Shown here: one piece after another, positions 8,375 to 15,564 of the stretch
How positions within the stretch are numbered: the stretch's first letter is position 1
How the letters are laid out: every line of letters starts with the position of its first letter
From: Candidatus Heimdallarchaeota archaeon
GTDB taxonomy: Archaea; Asgardarchaeota; Heimdallarchaeia; Heimdallarchaeales; Heimdallarchaeaceae
Assembly: GCA_021399395.1 (NCBI GenBank)
Contig: JAAFKJ010000045.1
Location: 1 to 15,564 of the forward strand
Reading direction: 5' to 3'
Length of the DNA stretch: 15,564 nucleotides
Translations under genes and position numbers: made by a program
Notes under the pieces: generated by a model
Databases searched by the model: none
What the model was told of the DNA's origin: nothing
What the model saw: only the letters and a program-made list of their open reading frames with translations

Positions 8375-8412
8375 TGGTCACATATTTTTAAGATGCTGGT
8401 CACTAATGACCA
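8375..8412. promoter_or_regulatory. Putative operator: TGGTCA-CTAA-TGACCA inverted repeat (8397-8412) plus an extra TGGTCAC half-site (8375-8381)
   Basis: Seen directly in the AT-rich spacer upstream of the operon that encodes the wHTH protein. The two TGGTCAC copies are 22 bp apart. Confidence 0.7.
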
Positions 8413-8439
8413 CTATTTTAAATGATTCTTAAACTTTTT

Positions 8440-9795
8440 TCAGAATAAAGCCTTTTTCTTCATCATATATATGAACAAAGCTACAGACAGTACTAATGGA
8501 AAAATAGATGTTATCACTGCAAAGACAGGCATAACCATAATTCCCTGAGGAAGTCTGTCGGCTGTTAAACCCATGAGAAGCACAATCGAAATTGAACCTG
8601 AAATTCCAATAGTATTGTTAATTCCATATGCAGTAGATCTTCTCAGTTTATTCGAAAAAGAACCAACTAAGCTATAGAGACTAATACTTGAGGTAACATA
8701 CATTGGAAAACTATAGGCTATCAATCCTACTGTTGAGTTGGTCGGAAAAAGAGCTATGATCGTATAGATTACTACCTGAACAAATGTACAAGCTATAATA
8801 CTAATAAGAACACCTTTTGTTTTAACGATTCTTCCTAATCCAAGTGCAAGAACCACTCCTATTGCAGTCGTAGCAATTAAAAAGTAGCCAAAGTGCGTTG
8901 CAGGTGTCTGTAATGTGTCTATGTAATATAGAGAAGCGTAAGCCCAAAACCCACCTGACGTTGCTTGTTGAAAGAAAGAAATAATCATTAAAACGGAAAA
9001 AATGACTGTAAAATCAGTAAGTTTTCCTCTTGGGATATTTTCATCTTGAACATCTGTTCTTTTTTTAACAGGTTTTTTGTCTTTTGTAAATAAGACTATA
9101 CTAAAGGCAATGAAACAGCCGATTACAGCAATAAATAGTTGAACTCCTTGTGCAGGATTTTTTGCAATCTCTGGTGAAAAGAATTTTGATAATGCAGCTG
9201 CAAAGGTGGCAATTGCATTTGTAGGATTTAAAGAATCATGTATAATTAGTTTATCAAATCCAATACTAGCATACCAGTCCAAACTGAATGTAAATGCATT
9301 GTCGTGAATAAATGCAGCTAAGGGACTGGAAATTAACCAAGATAAACTGAAAGTAGCAGTAATCTCACCTAAAATTACTTCCTTTTTCTTCGAAGAGTTA
9401 ATAGTTGTAAAAGAATAGATATTAGCGGTTTGAGCAGAAATTAGGATATTTCCAAGTAATAACACAACAAGAAAAATCACTGCATTATTGATGAAAAGGA
9501 GCGTAAAATACATTAATCCTGATCCTAACATTCCAATAAGTACAAATGGCTTATTACCAAATTTATCAGCAGCTAGTCCCCAAACAGTTGTTCCTATTAC
9601 TATTACGAAACTTGGAATTATAGCTACAAATCCAAGAATGAAATATGAATCAACTTCAAAAATTCTGGCTAGCCAAATAGGTGCGTAAGGTGCAAACATT
9701 GCAGTTGAAAAACCAAGAAAGAAAATACCAAGAAGCGAAAGAATCTCATTTCTTTCAAAGAAAAATCTCTTCTTCTTATTTTCTTGGCTATTCAT
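8440..9795 (-). CDS. Major facilitator superfamily transporter
   Basis: About 12 hydrophobic helices, MFS motif A WGLAADKFGNK and a central hydrophilic loop (KDKKPVKKRTDVQDE). Confidence 0.9.
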   Translation of the reverse strand: MNSQENKKKRFFFERNEILSLLGIFFLGFSTAMFAPYAPIWLARIFEVDSYFILGFVAIIPSFVIVIGTTVWGLAADKFGNKPFVLIGMLGSGLMYFTLLFINNAVIFLVVLLLGNILISAQTANIYSFTTINSSKKKEVILGEITATFSLSWLISSPLAAFIHDNAFTFSLDWYASIGFDKLIIHDSLNPTNAIATFAAALSKFFSPEIAKNPAQGVQLFIAVIGCFIAFSIVLFTKDKKPVKKRTDVQDENIPRGKLTDFTVIFSVLMIISFFQQATSGGFWAYASLYYIDTLQTPATHFGYFLIATTAIGVVLALGLGRIVKTKGVLISIIACTFVQVVIYTIIALFPTNSTVGLIAYSFPMYVTSSISLYSLVGSFSNKLRRSTAYGINNTIGISGSISIVLLMGLTADRLPQGIMVMPVFAVITSIFPLVLSVALFIYMMKKKALF

Positions 9796-9913
9796 ATTCC
9801 TTCTAATTTGCTCGAATTAAAAAGCTTTATACTATAGTCTTTGAATGTCATTTGAAGCGAAAACTTGATATTATATCAATTTAATAATTCAATGAAAGAG
9901 TGTTCGATCAGCA

Positions 9914-11086
9914 ATGAGTGATAATGAACCAACAAGTGTAAAAGAAATTTTAATTGAGATGAAAACGCTCTCCGAAATATGTGTAGATTTAGCTTTTGCT
10001 TCGCTTCTCTATTCGGATAAGCTTGTTGCAACACAAGTATTAGTTTTGGAAGAAAAAATTGATAGTTTGTACAAAAATCTACTTGATCGACTCTCTGTTT
10101 CAATCAAGAGCTTAAGTCAAGCTGAAGAGCTCAGAATTTACTATATTATTGGTGAAGCTAATAATCTTATTTCTGATAGTGCTGCTGATATGGCTTCGCT
10201 AGTTTTAATGAACATTGATATTGAAGATGAAATCAAATTAGTTCAGCAACATATGGATCAACTAGTTGATGTAGTCGAACTGAAAGAGATTTCCCCTCTG
10301 TGTGGAACATCCGAACTTACATCTGATTTGCATGATATGATTGGTATTGATGTTGCTGCCATCATACGACCAGAAGAAGGTCTCTTGATAGATTATGATG
10401 AAATTATGAAATGTGGTGATCTTCTTGTTTTTCGAGGTCCTCTCGAGAATGTTAACCAATTCATTGAGTTGGCAAATGGAAGAGTAGAATCTGTTGAAAA
10501 AGCAAGAGAGATAATAATTAGAGATGCTGAGGTTTATGAAAAAGAGAAACTCAAGTACCATCAGGATCTCCTCGTAACTATGAAAGAATCCGCTGAACTC
10601 ATTGTAGATTTAGCTTATCTTTTTGCATTAGAAGATTTGCCAAATGTAAAAAATCTGATTATACAAACAGAAGAACGAGTAGATAAACTGCAATTCGAAA
10701 TCATACAGGAAGTATTGAGACTCTACAAACAAGAGCTAATAGGAGAAAAGACCTTGATGGCTTACCTTAGAATGGCAGATTCATTTGAAGAAATTGCAGA
10801 TGCTGCAACTAAAATTGCATTTGGAGTAACTATGAGACATAAACCATATGAGATTCTTGAAGAAGTTATAGATGATTCTTCAGAATCACTTGATTTCATA
10901 CACGTGAGTAAGGATTCTCCATATGTAGGTATGACTGTCAAAAAAGCTGAATATACAGACGATTTCTTCCAAATTCTAGCAGTTAGGAAAAAAGGTAAAT
11001 ATTTCTTTTTCCCCCAAGATGACGCAAAAATAGATGCAGGAGATGGTCTCCTGATAAAAGAATACTCAAGTCCAGAAGATGAGTAA
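9914..11086 (+). CDS. Tandem-duplicated PhoU + TrkA-C (RCK_C) protein (archaeal COG3273-like)
   Basis: Two homologous halves, KEILIEMKTLSEICVDLAF and (from about 10559) QDLLVTMKESAELIVDLAY. Each is followed by an ISDSAADMA/IADAATKIA helix and an RCK_C motif (SPLCG...GDLLVFRG; SPYVG...GDGLLI). Confidence 0.85.
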   Translation: MSDNEPTSVKEILIEMKTLSEICVDLAFASLLYSDKLVATQVLVLEEKIDSLYKNLLDRLSVSIKSLSQAEELRIYYIIGEANNLISDSAADMASLVLMNIDIEDEIKLVQQHMDQLVDVVELKEISPLCGTSELTSDLHDMIGIDVAAIIRPEEGLLIDYDEIMKCGDLLVFRGPLENVNQFIELANGRVESVEKAREIIIRDAEVYEKEKLKYHQDLLVTMKESAELIVDLAYLFALEDLPNVKNLIIQTEERVDKLQFEIIQEVLRLYKQELIGEKTLMAYLRMADSFEEIADAATKIAFGVTMRHKPYEILEEVIDDSSESLDFIHVSKDSPYVGMTVKKAEYTDDFFQILAVRKKGKYFFFPQDDAKIDAGDGLLIKEYSSPEDE

Positions 11087-11091
11087 AAGAA

Positions 11092-11922
11092 TTAAAGATA
11101 GGCATTAAGCCATTTTACAAGATCCGCAAAAGCTTCTTCTCGCTTCTCTTTAATTTCTGTATACATCTCGTGCTTTCCATTTTTGTAGATTATTACAGTA
11201 AGGTCAGTGTTTTTCAGATCTTCAGTCAACTCATCTAAATTTATGATCATAGTGTCTAACTCACCTTTCTGAATAAGAATAGGGATTTTTATTGTAGAAA
11301 TCTTTTCTTTTACATCTTTATAGTGATCAATTAGATTCAATCCGTATCTAACAGTAGCTTGTTTGTAATTAATTAAAGGATCAGTAACGTAATCTTCTAC
11401 AGATTCAGGATCAGAAGAGAGTTCTTCAGGAATAATACCTGCAGGTCCTTTGAACGTTGGAAGGACTTTCACAATTATCCGAGCAAATATATTTAGAAAC
11501 GTTGGTAAAGGAGGAACTTGTGTACCAGTCCCTGATAGAATTAATCCCTTCATTTCCTTTTGGTGTTTGATAGCGAATCTTTGTGCCAATAAAGAACCCA
11601 TAGAGTGTCCCACAATAAAAATCGGAATATCTTTGTTTTCTTTCTGGATGATTTGAGTTAGTTTATTGCAATCATCAACCATATCCTCTAAACTTTTACT
11701 GTGATTTCTTCTACCTTCACTCTTACCATGACCTCGATGGTCATTACCATACACTGCAAAATTCTTAGTAACCAGATAATCAACTAGGTGCTTGTATCTC
11801 CCAACATGTTCAACACCACCGTGAATGATTTGTACAATAGCTTTTGGTTTATCAGGAATCCAACTCTGATAGTAAATTTGATGATTTTCACCACCAGTAA
11901 AAAAATCATCTGTATATTTCAT
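11092..11922 (-). CDS. Alpha/beta hydrolase, lysophospholipase/monoacylglycerol-lipase family
   Basis: HGGVEH, DHRGHGKSEG, nucleophile GHSMG, QKGELD and GKHE motifs. ATG 11922 is preferred (TTTATA lies 26-31 bp upstream on the minus strand) over the track's TTG 11964, which overlaps the upstream gene. Confidence 0.92.
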   Translation of the reverse strand: MKYTDDFFTGGENHQIYYQSWIPDKPKAIVQIIHGGVEHVGRYKHLVDYLVTKNFAVYGNDHRGHGKSEGRRNHSKSLEDMVDDCNKLTQIIQKENKDIPIFIVGHSMGSLLAQRFAIKHQKEMKGLILSGTGTQVPPLPTFLNIFARIIVKVLPTFKGPAGIIPEELSSDPESVEDYVTDPLINYKQATVRYGLNLIDHYKDVKEKISTIKIPILIQKGELDTMIINLDELTEDLKNTDLTVIIYKNGKHEMYTEIKEKREEAFADLVKWLNAYL

Positions 11923-11953
11923 AAAAGAAAAAATATTTTGGTAACCTATAAAT

Positions 11954-12853
11954 CTAATTGTCAAACCTAAATTTTTCCATAATTAGGTTACCAAATCCCT
12001 TAATCATATCTTGAATAGCTAGAACATTCTTGTCTTCTGAAACCATTTCCATGATTGATTTCTTTTCTAGCATAGCTTTAACAAAAATAGGATTGTAAGG
12101 GATTTTGCCTATAACTGGGAAAGAATCATGAAAGTCTTCTTGTATTTTCTGAGAAAACTCTTCATTTATATCAGATCTATTAATAATAATTAACCCGGGG
12201 ATTTTAAACTCCTTCAGCAGCTGTAATATCCTATCCAAATCATGATATCCTGAGATTGTTGGTTCAGCAACAACAATAGCAAAATTTGTTCCAATTAGTG
12301 AACTAATTACAGGACAGCCAATACCTGGAGATCCATCAATTATAACTAACTTCTTGTCATTTTTTGCTGCTACTGTTTTAGCAATTTTTCTCACTTCAGC
12401 TACTAGCAATCCTGAGCTTTCTTCACCAGGACTTAATCGTGCATGAACCATCTCACCTATTCTTGTCTTTGAGACAAAATATTGTCCTGATACAACGTCA
12501 TTCATTGTAATTGCTGAAACAGGACAAGCATGATAACAGAGCGAACATCCTTCACACTTTGTAGGATCTATGGTATGCTCTTCAGTAACTGCACCAAAAC
12601 GACATCTTGCTCTACATTCCCCACAATCTGTACATATTTCTTTGTCAACATATGCTTTTTTTAGTCCATGGTAATCAAAACTTTCTGTTTCCTCTGGAGT
12701 AAATATGAGATAGAGATCAGCTGCATCTACATCAGCATCTGCAAGTATAATGTGTTCCTTGAGATAACTAGCAAGAGCAGCAATTATTGTACTCTTACCA
12801 GTTCCGCCTTTTCCTGAGATTACAGTTACTTGTTTTACATCTTCCTCTTTCAT
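11954..12853 (-). CDS. MinD-superfamily P-loop ATPase with inserted 2x[4Fe-4S] ferredoxin domain (COG1149), paralog 2
   Basis: Deviant Walker A SGKGGTGKS, DADVDAADL, CTDCGECRARC, CEGCSLCYHACP and DGSPGIGCP. Confidence 0.93.
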   Translation of the reverse strand: MKEEDVKQVTVISGKGGTGKSTIIAALASYLKEHIILADADVDAADLYLIFTPEETESFDYHGLKKAYVDKEICTDCGECRARCRFGAVTEEHTIDPTKCEGCSLCYHACPVSAITMNDVVSGQYFVSKTRIGEMVHARLSPGEESSGLLVAEVRKIAKTVAAKNDKKLVIIDGSPGIGCPVISSLIGTNFAIVVAEPTISGYHDLDRILQLLKEFKIPGLIIINRSDINEEFSQKIQEDFHDSFPVIGKIPYNPIFVKAMLEKKSIMEMVSEDKNVLAIQDMIKGFGNLIMEKFRFDN

Positions 12854-13692
12854 TATATCATCTCCTGAATTCTTACAAGTACATCTCGAAATTCCTCTTT
12901 GAATTTCGGATATAGATCTATCAAAGTTTTACCAGTTGAATAATTTCTAGCAATTTCCAAATCAAAAGGAATCTTCATAAGAATGGGTATATTTTCCTTT
13001 ACACAATATTTCTCCAATTCCTCATCACCTACTCCATCCTTGTTAATTATGACGCCAAATTTCCTGTTCATTATTCTTAGAGTTTCTACAACTATTTTCA
13101 TATCAGATAAACCAAAAGGCGTGGGCTCACTTACAACCACGATGTAATCGCAATCAGAAATGGTTTCAACCATAGGACATGCTGAACCGGGGGGAGAATC
13201 AATTATAACTACTTCCTCATCACCTTTGATTTCTTCTTTCAATCTGCTAATAACAGGTGTGGAGAGTTCTTCACCAACGATTATTTCACCAAAATGAAAT
13301 AATAGATCATCATTTTTGCCTTCAAGGATGCTACCAATAACTCTTGGTTTCTCAGTGATTGCGTCTTCGGGACACACATAAGTACAAACACCACATCCAT
13401 GACACATTTTATCAAAAAGTAAAATCTCATCTGGCATTTTTATAAGAGCATTATATTGGCAACTTTCATTACATTTCCCACACAAGGTACATTTCTCTTT
13501 ATCAATAACAGGTATTAGTACGTCACTTGTTCCAATTATTTTAGTCTCCAGTCCAAGGAAAAGAGAACAATTAGGTTCGTCTACATCTGCATCTAGAAGA
13601 TGAGCTCCTTTCGATGAGAGTGCAAGACCAACAGCTACAGTGGTTTTTCCAGTTCCGCCTTTACCTGATACTATTGCTATTTCCATAACCAA
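12853..13692 (-). CDS. MinD-superfamily P-loop ATPase with inserted 2x[4Fe-4S] ferredoxin domain (COG1149), paralog 1
   Basis: SGKGGTGKTT, DADVDEPN, CTLCGKCNESC, CHGCGVCTYVCP, DSPPGSACP and EPTPFGLSD. Its stop overlaps the next start (TAATG). Confidence 0.93.
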   Translation of the reverse strand: MVMEIAIVSGKGGTGKTTVAVGLALSSKGAHLLDADVDEPNCSLFLGLETKIIGTSDVLIPVIDKEKCTLCGKCNESCQYNALIKMPDEILLFDKMCHGCGVCTYVCPEDAITEKPRVIGSILEGKNDDLLFHFGEIIVGEELSTPVISRLKEEIKGDEEVVIIDSPPGSACPMVETISDCDYIVVVSEPTPFGLSDMKIVVETLRIMNRKFGVIINKDGVGDEELEKYCVKENIPILMKIPFDLEIARNYSTGKTLIDLYPKFKEEFRDVLVRIQEMI

Positions 13693-13700
13693 GCCTTCAA

Positions 13701-14048
13701 TTAGTGACTACAACCATCATCTTTGGTTGCTAGATGTAAAGTTCCATCTTTGAAGCGTTGGATAGTATCCTTAAGTGTGCCATCTGCACCCATGTATATA
13801 GCTAAACCTAATTCTTGACCTATCATTACTGCTCTGGCTCCTGCACCTTTAAGCAAAACTCCATTGCAATGATTGGCAAGAAACTCCATGGGGAGACCTG
13901 ATCCACCTTTGTGATCGCTTTTATTATCAATTATATCTATTTCATCATTTTCGTCATTCCAAATAGCATAAAATGGAACATGTCCAAAATGCATGCCTAC
14001 TATGGAATTTATATCATCTTTTGTATCTAATGGTACTGCATATTTCAT
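13701..14048 (-). CDS. NifB/NifX family (dinitrogenase FeMo-cofactor/orange-protein-like, COG1433) protein
   Basis: MKYAVP...HFGHVPFYAIW...GAGARA pattern, 115 aa, supported by operon context. Confidence 0.88.
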   Translation of the reverse strand: MKYAVPLDTKDDINSIVGMHFGHVPFYAIWNDENDEIDIIDNKSDHKGGSGLPMEFLANHCNGVLLKGAGARAVMIGQELGLAIYMGADGTLKDTIQRFKDGTLHLATKDDGCSH

Positions 14049-14056
14049 TTTATCAC

Positions 14057-14386
14057 CTATATTTTTGAAAGTGCATTATTCTTCCACTTATCTATTAACT
14101 CTTTAACAGCAATATTCTCGCCTTGGAATATCTCTATGTTACCACGTCTCAAAACGCTATCAGCGTTGGGTCCTAAACGAGGAACAATAACAACATTGAC
14201 TTCATTATTGATAAGGAATTCAACTGCTTGAAATCCTGCTCCTCCTCGTGCATTTACAGCTGGATTGCTGACAAAATCAAATGTATCTTTTTCTGAATCA
14301 TAAAAACAGAAATAATTACATCTACCAAATCGTTCATACATTTTAGCGTCTTCTTGATTAGAAGAACTGGGGATTGCTACTTTCAT
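14057..14386 (-). CDS. NifB/NifX family (orange-protein-like, COG1433) protein
   Basis: MKVAIP...RFGRCNYF...NPA...GGAG.QAVEFL...GPNA. The true start is probably ATG 14386, 1 bp after the DUF134 stop; the track's extension to 14440 overlaps DUF134. Confidence 0.9.
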   Translation of the reverse strand: MKVAIPSSSNQEDAKMYERFGRCNYFCFYDSEKDTFDFVSNPAVNARGGAGFQAVEFLINNEVNVVIVPRLGPNADSVLRRGNIEIFQGENIAVKELIDKWKNNALSKI

Positions 14387-14387
14387 T

Positions 14388-14684
14388 TTATTTGCCTTCT
14401 TGATCAGATGGTTCTTCGAATAGAATAGCTTTAACATCAAAGAATGCTTGAGCTACTTTATGATGAGCAGAAGCAAGATCTCGACTAAAAGAAGCCTGAG
14501 AAATACCCATTTTTTCTGCAGCTTCTTGTTGCTTCAAACCTAGAAAATCTGCATAATGGAGTGCGGTAATCTCTTCTTTAGTTAATTTAACCTGCTCCAA
14601 ATCTTTTATAGGTATAGAAACAGGTTTGAATATGTGCCCTTCATAATTAATGCAATTTCTGGGTATCTTTCTCTGTTGAACCAT
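14388..14684 (-). CDS. DUF134 (UPF0251, COG1342) HTH DNA-binding protein
   Basis: FKPVSIP...LEQVKLTKEE.TAL.YADFLGLKQQEAAEKMGISQASFSRDL.SA..KVA.A...KAI matches the family pattern. It is in the typical position at the head of NifX/MinD-ferredoxin operons. Confidence 0.9.
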   Translation of the reverse strand: MVQQRKIPRNCINYEGHIFKPVSIPIKDLEQVKLTKEEITALHYADFLGLKQQEAAEKMGISQASFSRDLASAHHKVAQAFFDVKAILFEEPSDQEGK

Positions 14685-14707
14685 CAAAATGAATTTATCT
14701 AATTGAA

Positions 14708-14715
14708 TTAATAAA
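14708..14715 (-). promoter_or_regulatory. Candidate TATA box (TTTATTAA) with purine-rich BRE-like AAAGA for a leaderless DUF134 operon transcript
   Basis: Lies 24-31 bp upstream of ATG 14684 on the minus strand. Confidence 0.6.
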
Positions 14716-14723
14716 TCTTTAGG

Positions 14724-14741
14724 TATGAATAATTATTCATA
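14724..14741. promoter_or_regulatory. Perfect 18-bp palindrome TATGAATAATTATTCATA, putative DUF134 operator
   Basis: Exact self-reverse-complement, located just upstream of the BRE/TATA candidate of the DUF134 operon. Confidence 0.75.
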
Positions 14742-14830
14742 ACTCCGTAACGAAAAAAAATGTTTTCTACACATAGAAAGAGACATAAAGGTAAGGAAAT
14801 GTTGTAACGTGTAACGGTCAGAGTGATAGA

Positions 14831-15564
14831 TTGTCATTAAGAGGTTTCATTATTAGAAGAGTGTTGTATATCGTTCCAGTAATGCTAGGAATAACACTAA
14901 TGAATTTCACATTGATCAATATTAGTCCAGGAGATCCCGTAATAGTAAGAATAGGTTTGATACACTGTGAAACGAATGAATGTTATAATACAGCGTATAA
15001 TAGGGAGGCAATAGAGATGGGATTGCTAGATAATGATTTGTATACAGTACCGTGGTTTACAAGATATATAGACTATGTAAACGATTTATTACATTTTGAT
15101 TTTGGAACTAGTTGGTATTATACGCAAGCGGGGCAAGGGGTACCAATAGCGGATTTAATAAGCGACCGTGCGCCATACACGCTAATACTAAATATAATAT
15201 CGTTCGTTATATCGTTACTGTTGTCTACTGCCATAGGGGTGGTAACGGCAACAAGAAGAAATTCGATCTGGGACAGATCATTAACAGTAGCAATGTTGCT
15301 AGGATATTCTATGCCATTATTCTGGATAGCTAAACTACTGATGTATTTATCATTTGAATTATTTAATTTTACAGGAGTAACAAACAAAGATGCTTTCATT
15401 AAACCATTGATATTGAATGGGGCGTTCTACAAATATCTGATATTACCAACATTAGCGTTAACATTAGGACATCTAGTGTTTCTAGCAAGGTTGATAAGAT
15501 CACAATTACTAGAAATATTAAGGCAAGATTATGTTACGACAGCGAAAGCAAAAGGAGTATCGAA
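14831..15564 (+). CDS. dppB: ABC peptide/nickel transporter permease (DppB/OppB family), truncated at the right edge; absent from the ORF track
   Basis: Manual translation from TTG 14831 (SD-like GAGTGA at 14821): MSLRGFIIRRVLYIVPVMLG...SPGDP...FDFGTSW...SMPLFW...LILPTLAL...LIRSQLLEILRQDYVTTAKAKGVS (EAA loop). Confidence 0.93.
   Translation, partial: MSLRGFIIRRVLYIVPVMLGITLMNFTLINISPGDPVIVRIGLIHCETNECYNTAYNREAIEMGLLDNDLYTVPWFTRYIDYVNDLLHFDFGTSWYYTQAGQGVPIADLISDRAPYTLILNIISFVISLLLSTAIGVVTATRRNSIWDRSLTVAMLLGYSMPLFWIAKLLMYLSFELFNFTGVTNKDAFIKPLILNGAFYKYLILPTLALTLGHLVFLARLIRSQLLEILRQDYVTTAKAKGVS

Noticed and set aside
9488-9688. 66-aa + strand ORF
   Set aside because: Antisense to the MFS gene.
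9876-10561. Two - strand ORFs (9876-10103, 10262-10561)
   Set aside because: Antisense to the well-supported PhoU/TrkA-C gene.
11450-11970. Two + strand ORFs (11450-11656, 11788-11970)
   Set aside because: Antisense to the alpha/beta hydrolase.
13701-14386. NifB/NifX domains as evidence of nitrogen fixation
   Set aside because: No nifH/D/K in the window; COG1433 proteins are common in non-diazotrophic anaerobes.
14764-14779. TTTCTA-CACA-TAGAAA small hairpin
   Set aside because: 6-bp low-complexity stem; insufficient support.
15112-15399. Track ORFs 15112-15333 (+) and 15118-15399 (-)
   Set aside because: Alternate-frame and antisense shadows of the DppB permease, which the track missed because it runs off the edge.
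1-15564. CRISPR array, tRNA/rRNA, transposase/integrase, or recoded stop codons
   Set aside because: None seen: intergenic gaps are under about 150 bp, no periodic repeats were found, and the ORFs look complete without readthrough.

Overview
AT-rich prokaryotic chromosomal DNA, most likely archaeal. This rests on an archaemetzincin homolog, a duplicated PhoU/TrkA-C protein and TATA-like boxes about 25-30 bp upstream of many start codons; an Asgard-type host is plausible but cannot be shown from this window. There are 19 densely packed CDSs. Left to right: an uncalled, edge-truncated multi-pass membrane protein; an orphan TaqI/Eco57I-like amino-DNA methyltransferase; an archaemetzincin homolog with all catalytic residues replaced; a nitrobindin/FABP-like barrel; an intact bacterial-type RNase III; a prenyltransferase-repeat protein; an M19 dipeptidase; a three-gene uncharacterised operon with a wHTH regulator and an upstream palindromic site; an MFS permease; PhoU-TrkA_C x2; an alpha/beta hydrolase; an orange-protein (orp)-like operon (DUF134, 2x NifB/NifX, 2x MinD-ferredoxin ATPase) preceded by a perfect 18-bp palindrome; and an uncalled, edge-truncated DppB/OppB permease with visibly different codon usage. 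No CRISPR array, tRNA/rRNA or transposase was seen. The best candidates for undescribed biology are the three-gene wHTH module with its putative operator, the pseudo-archaemetzincin and the DUF134 palindrome.
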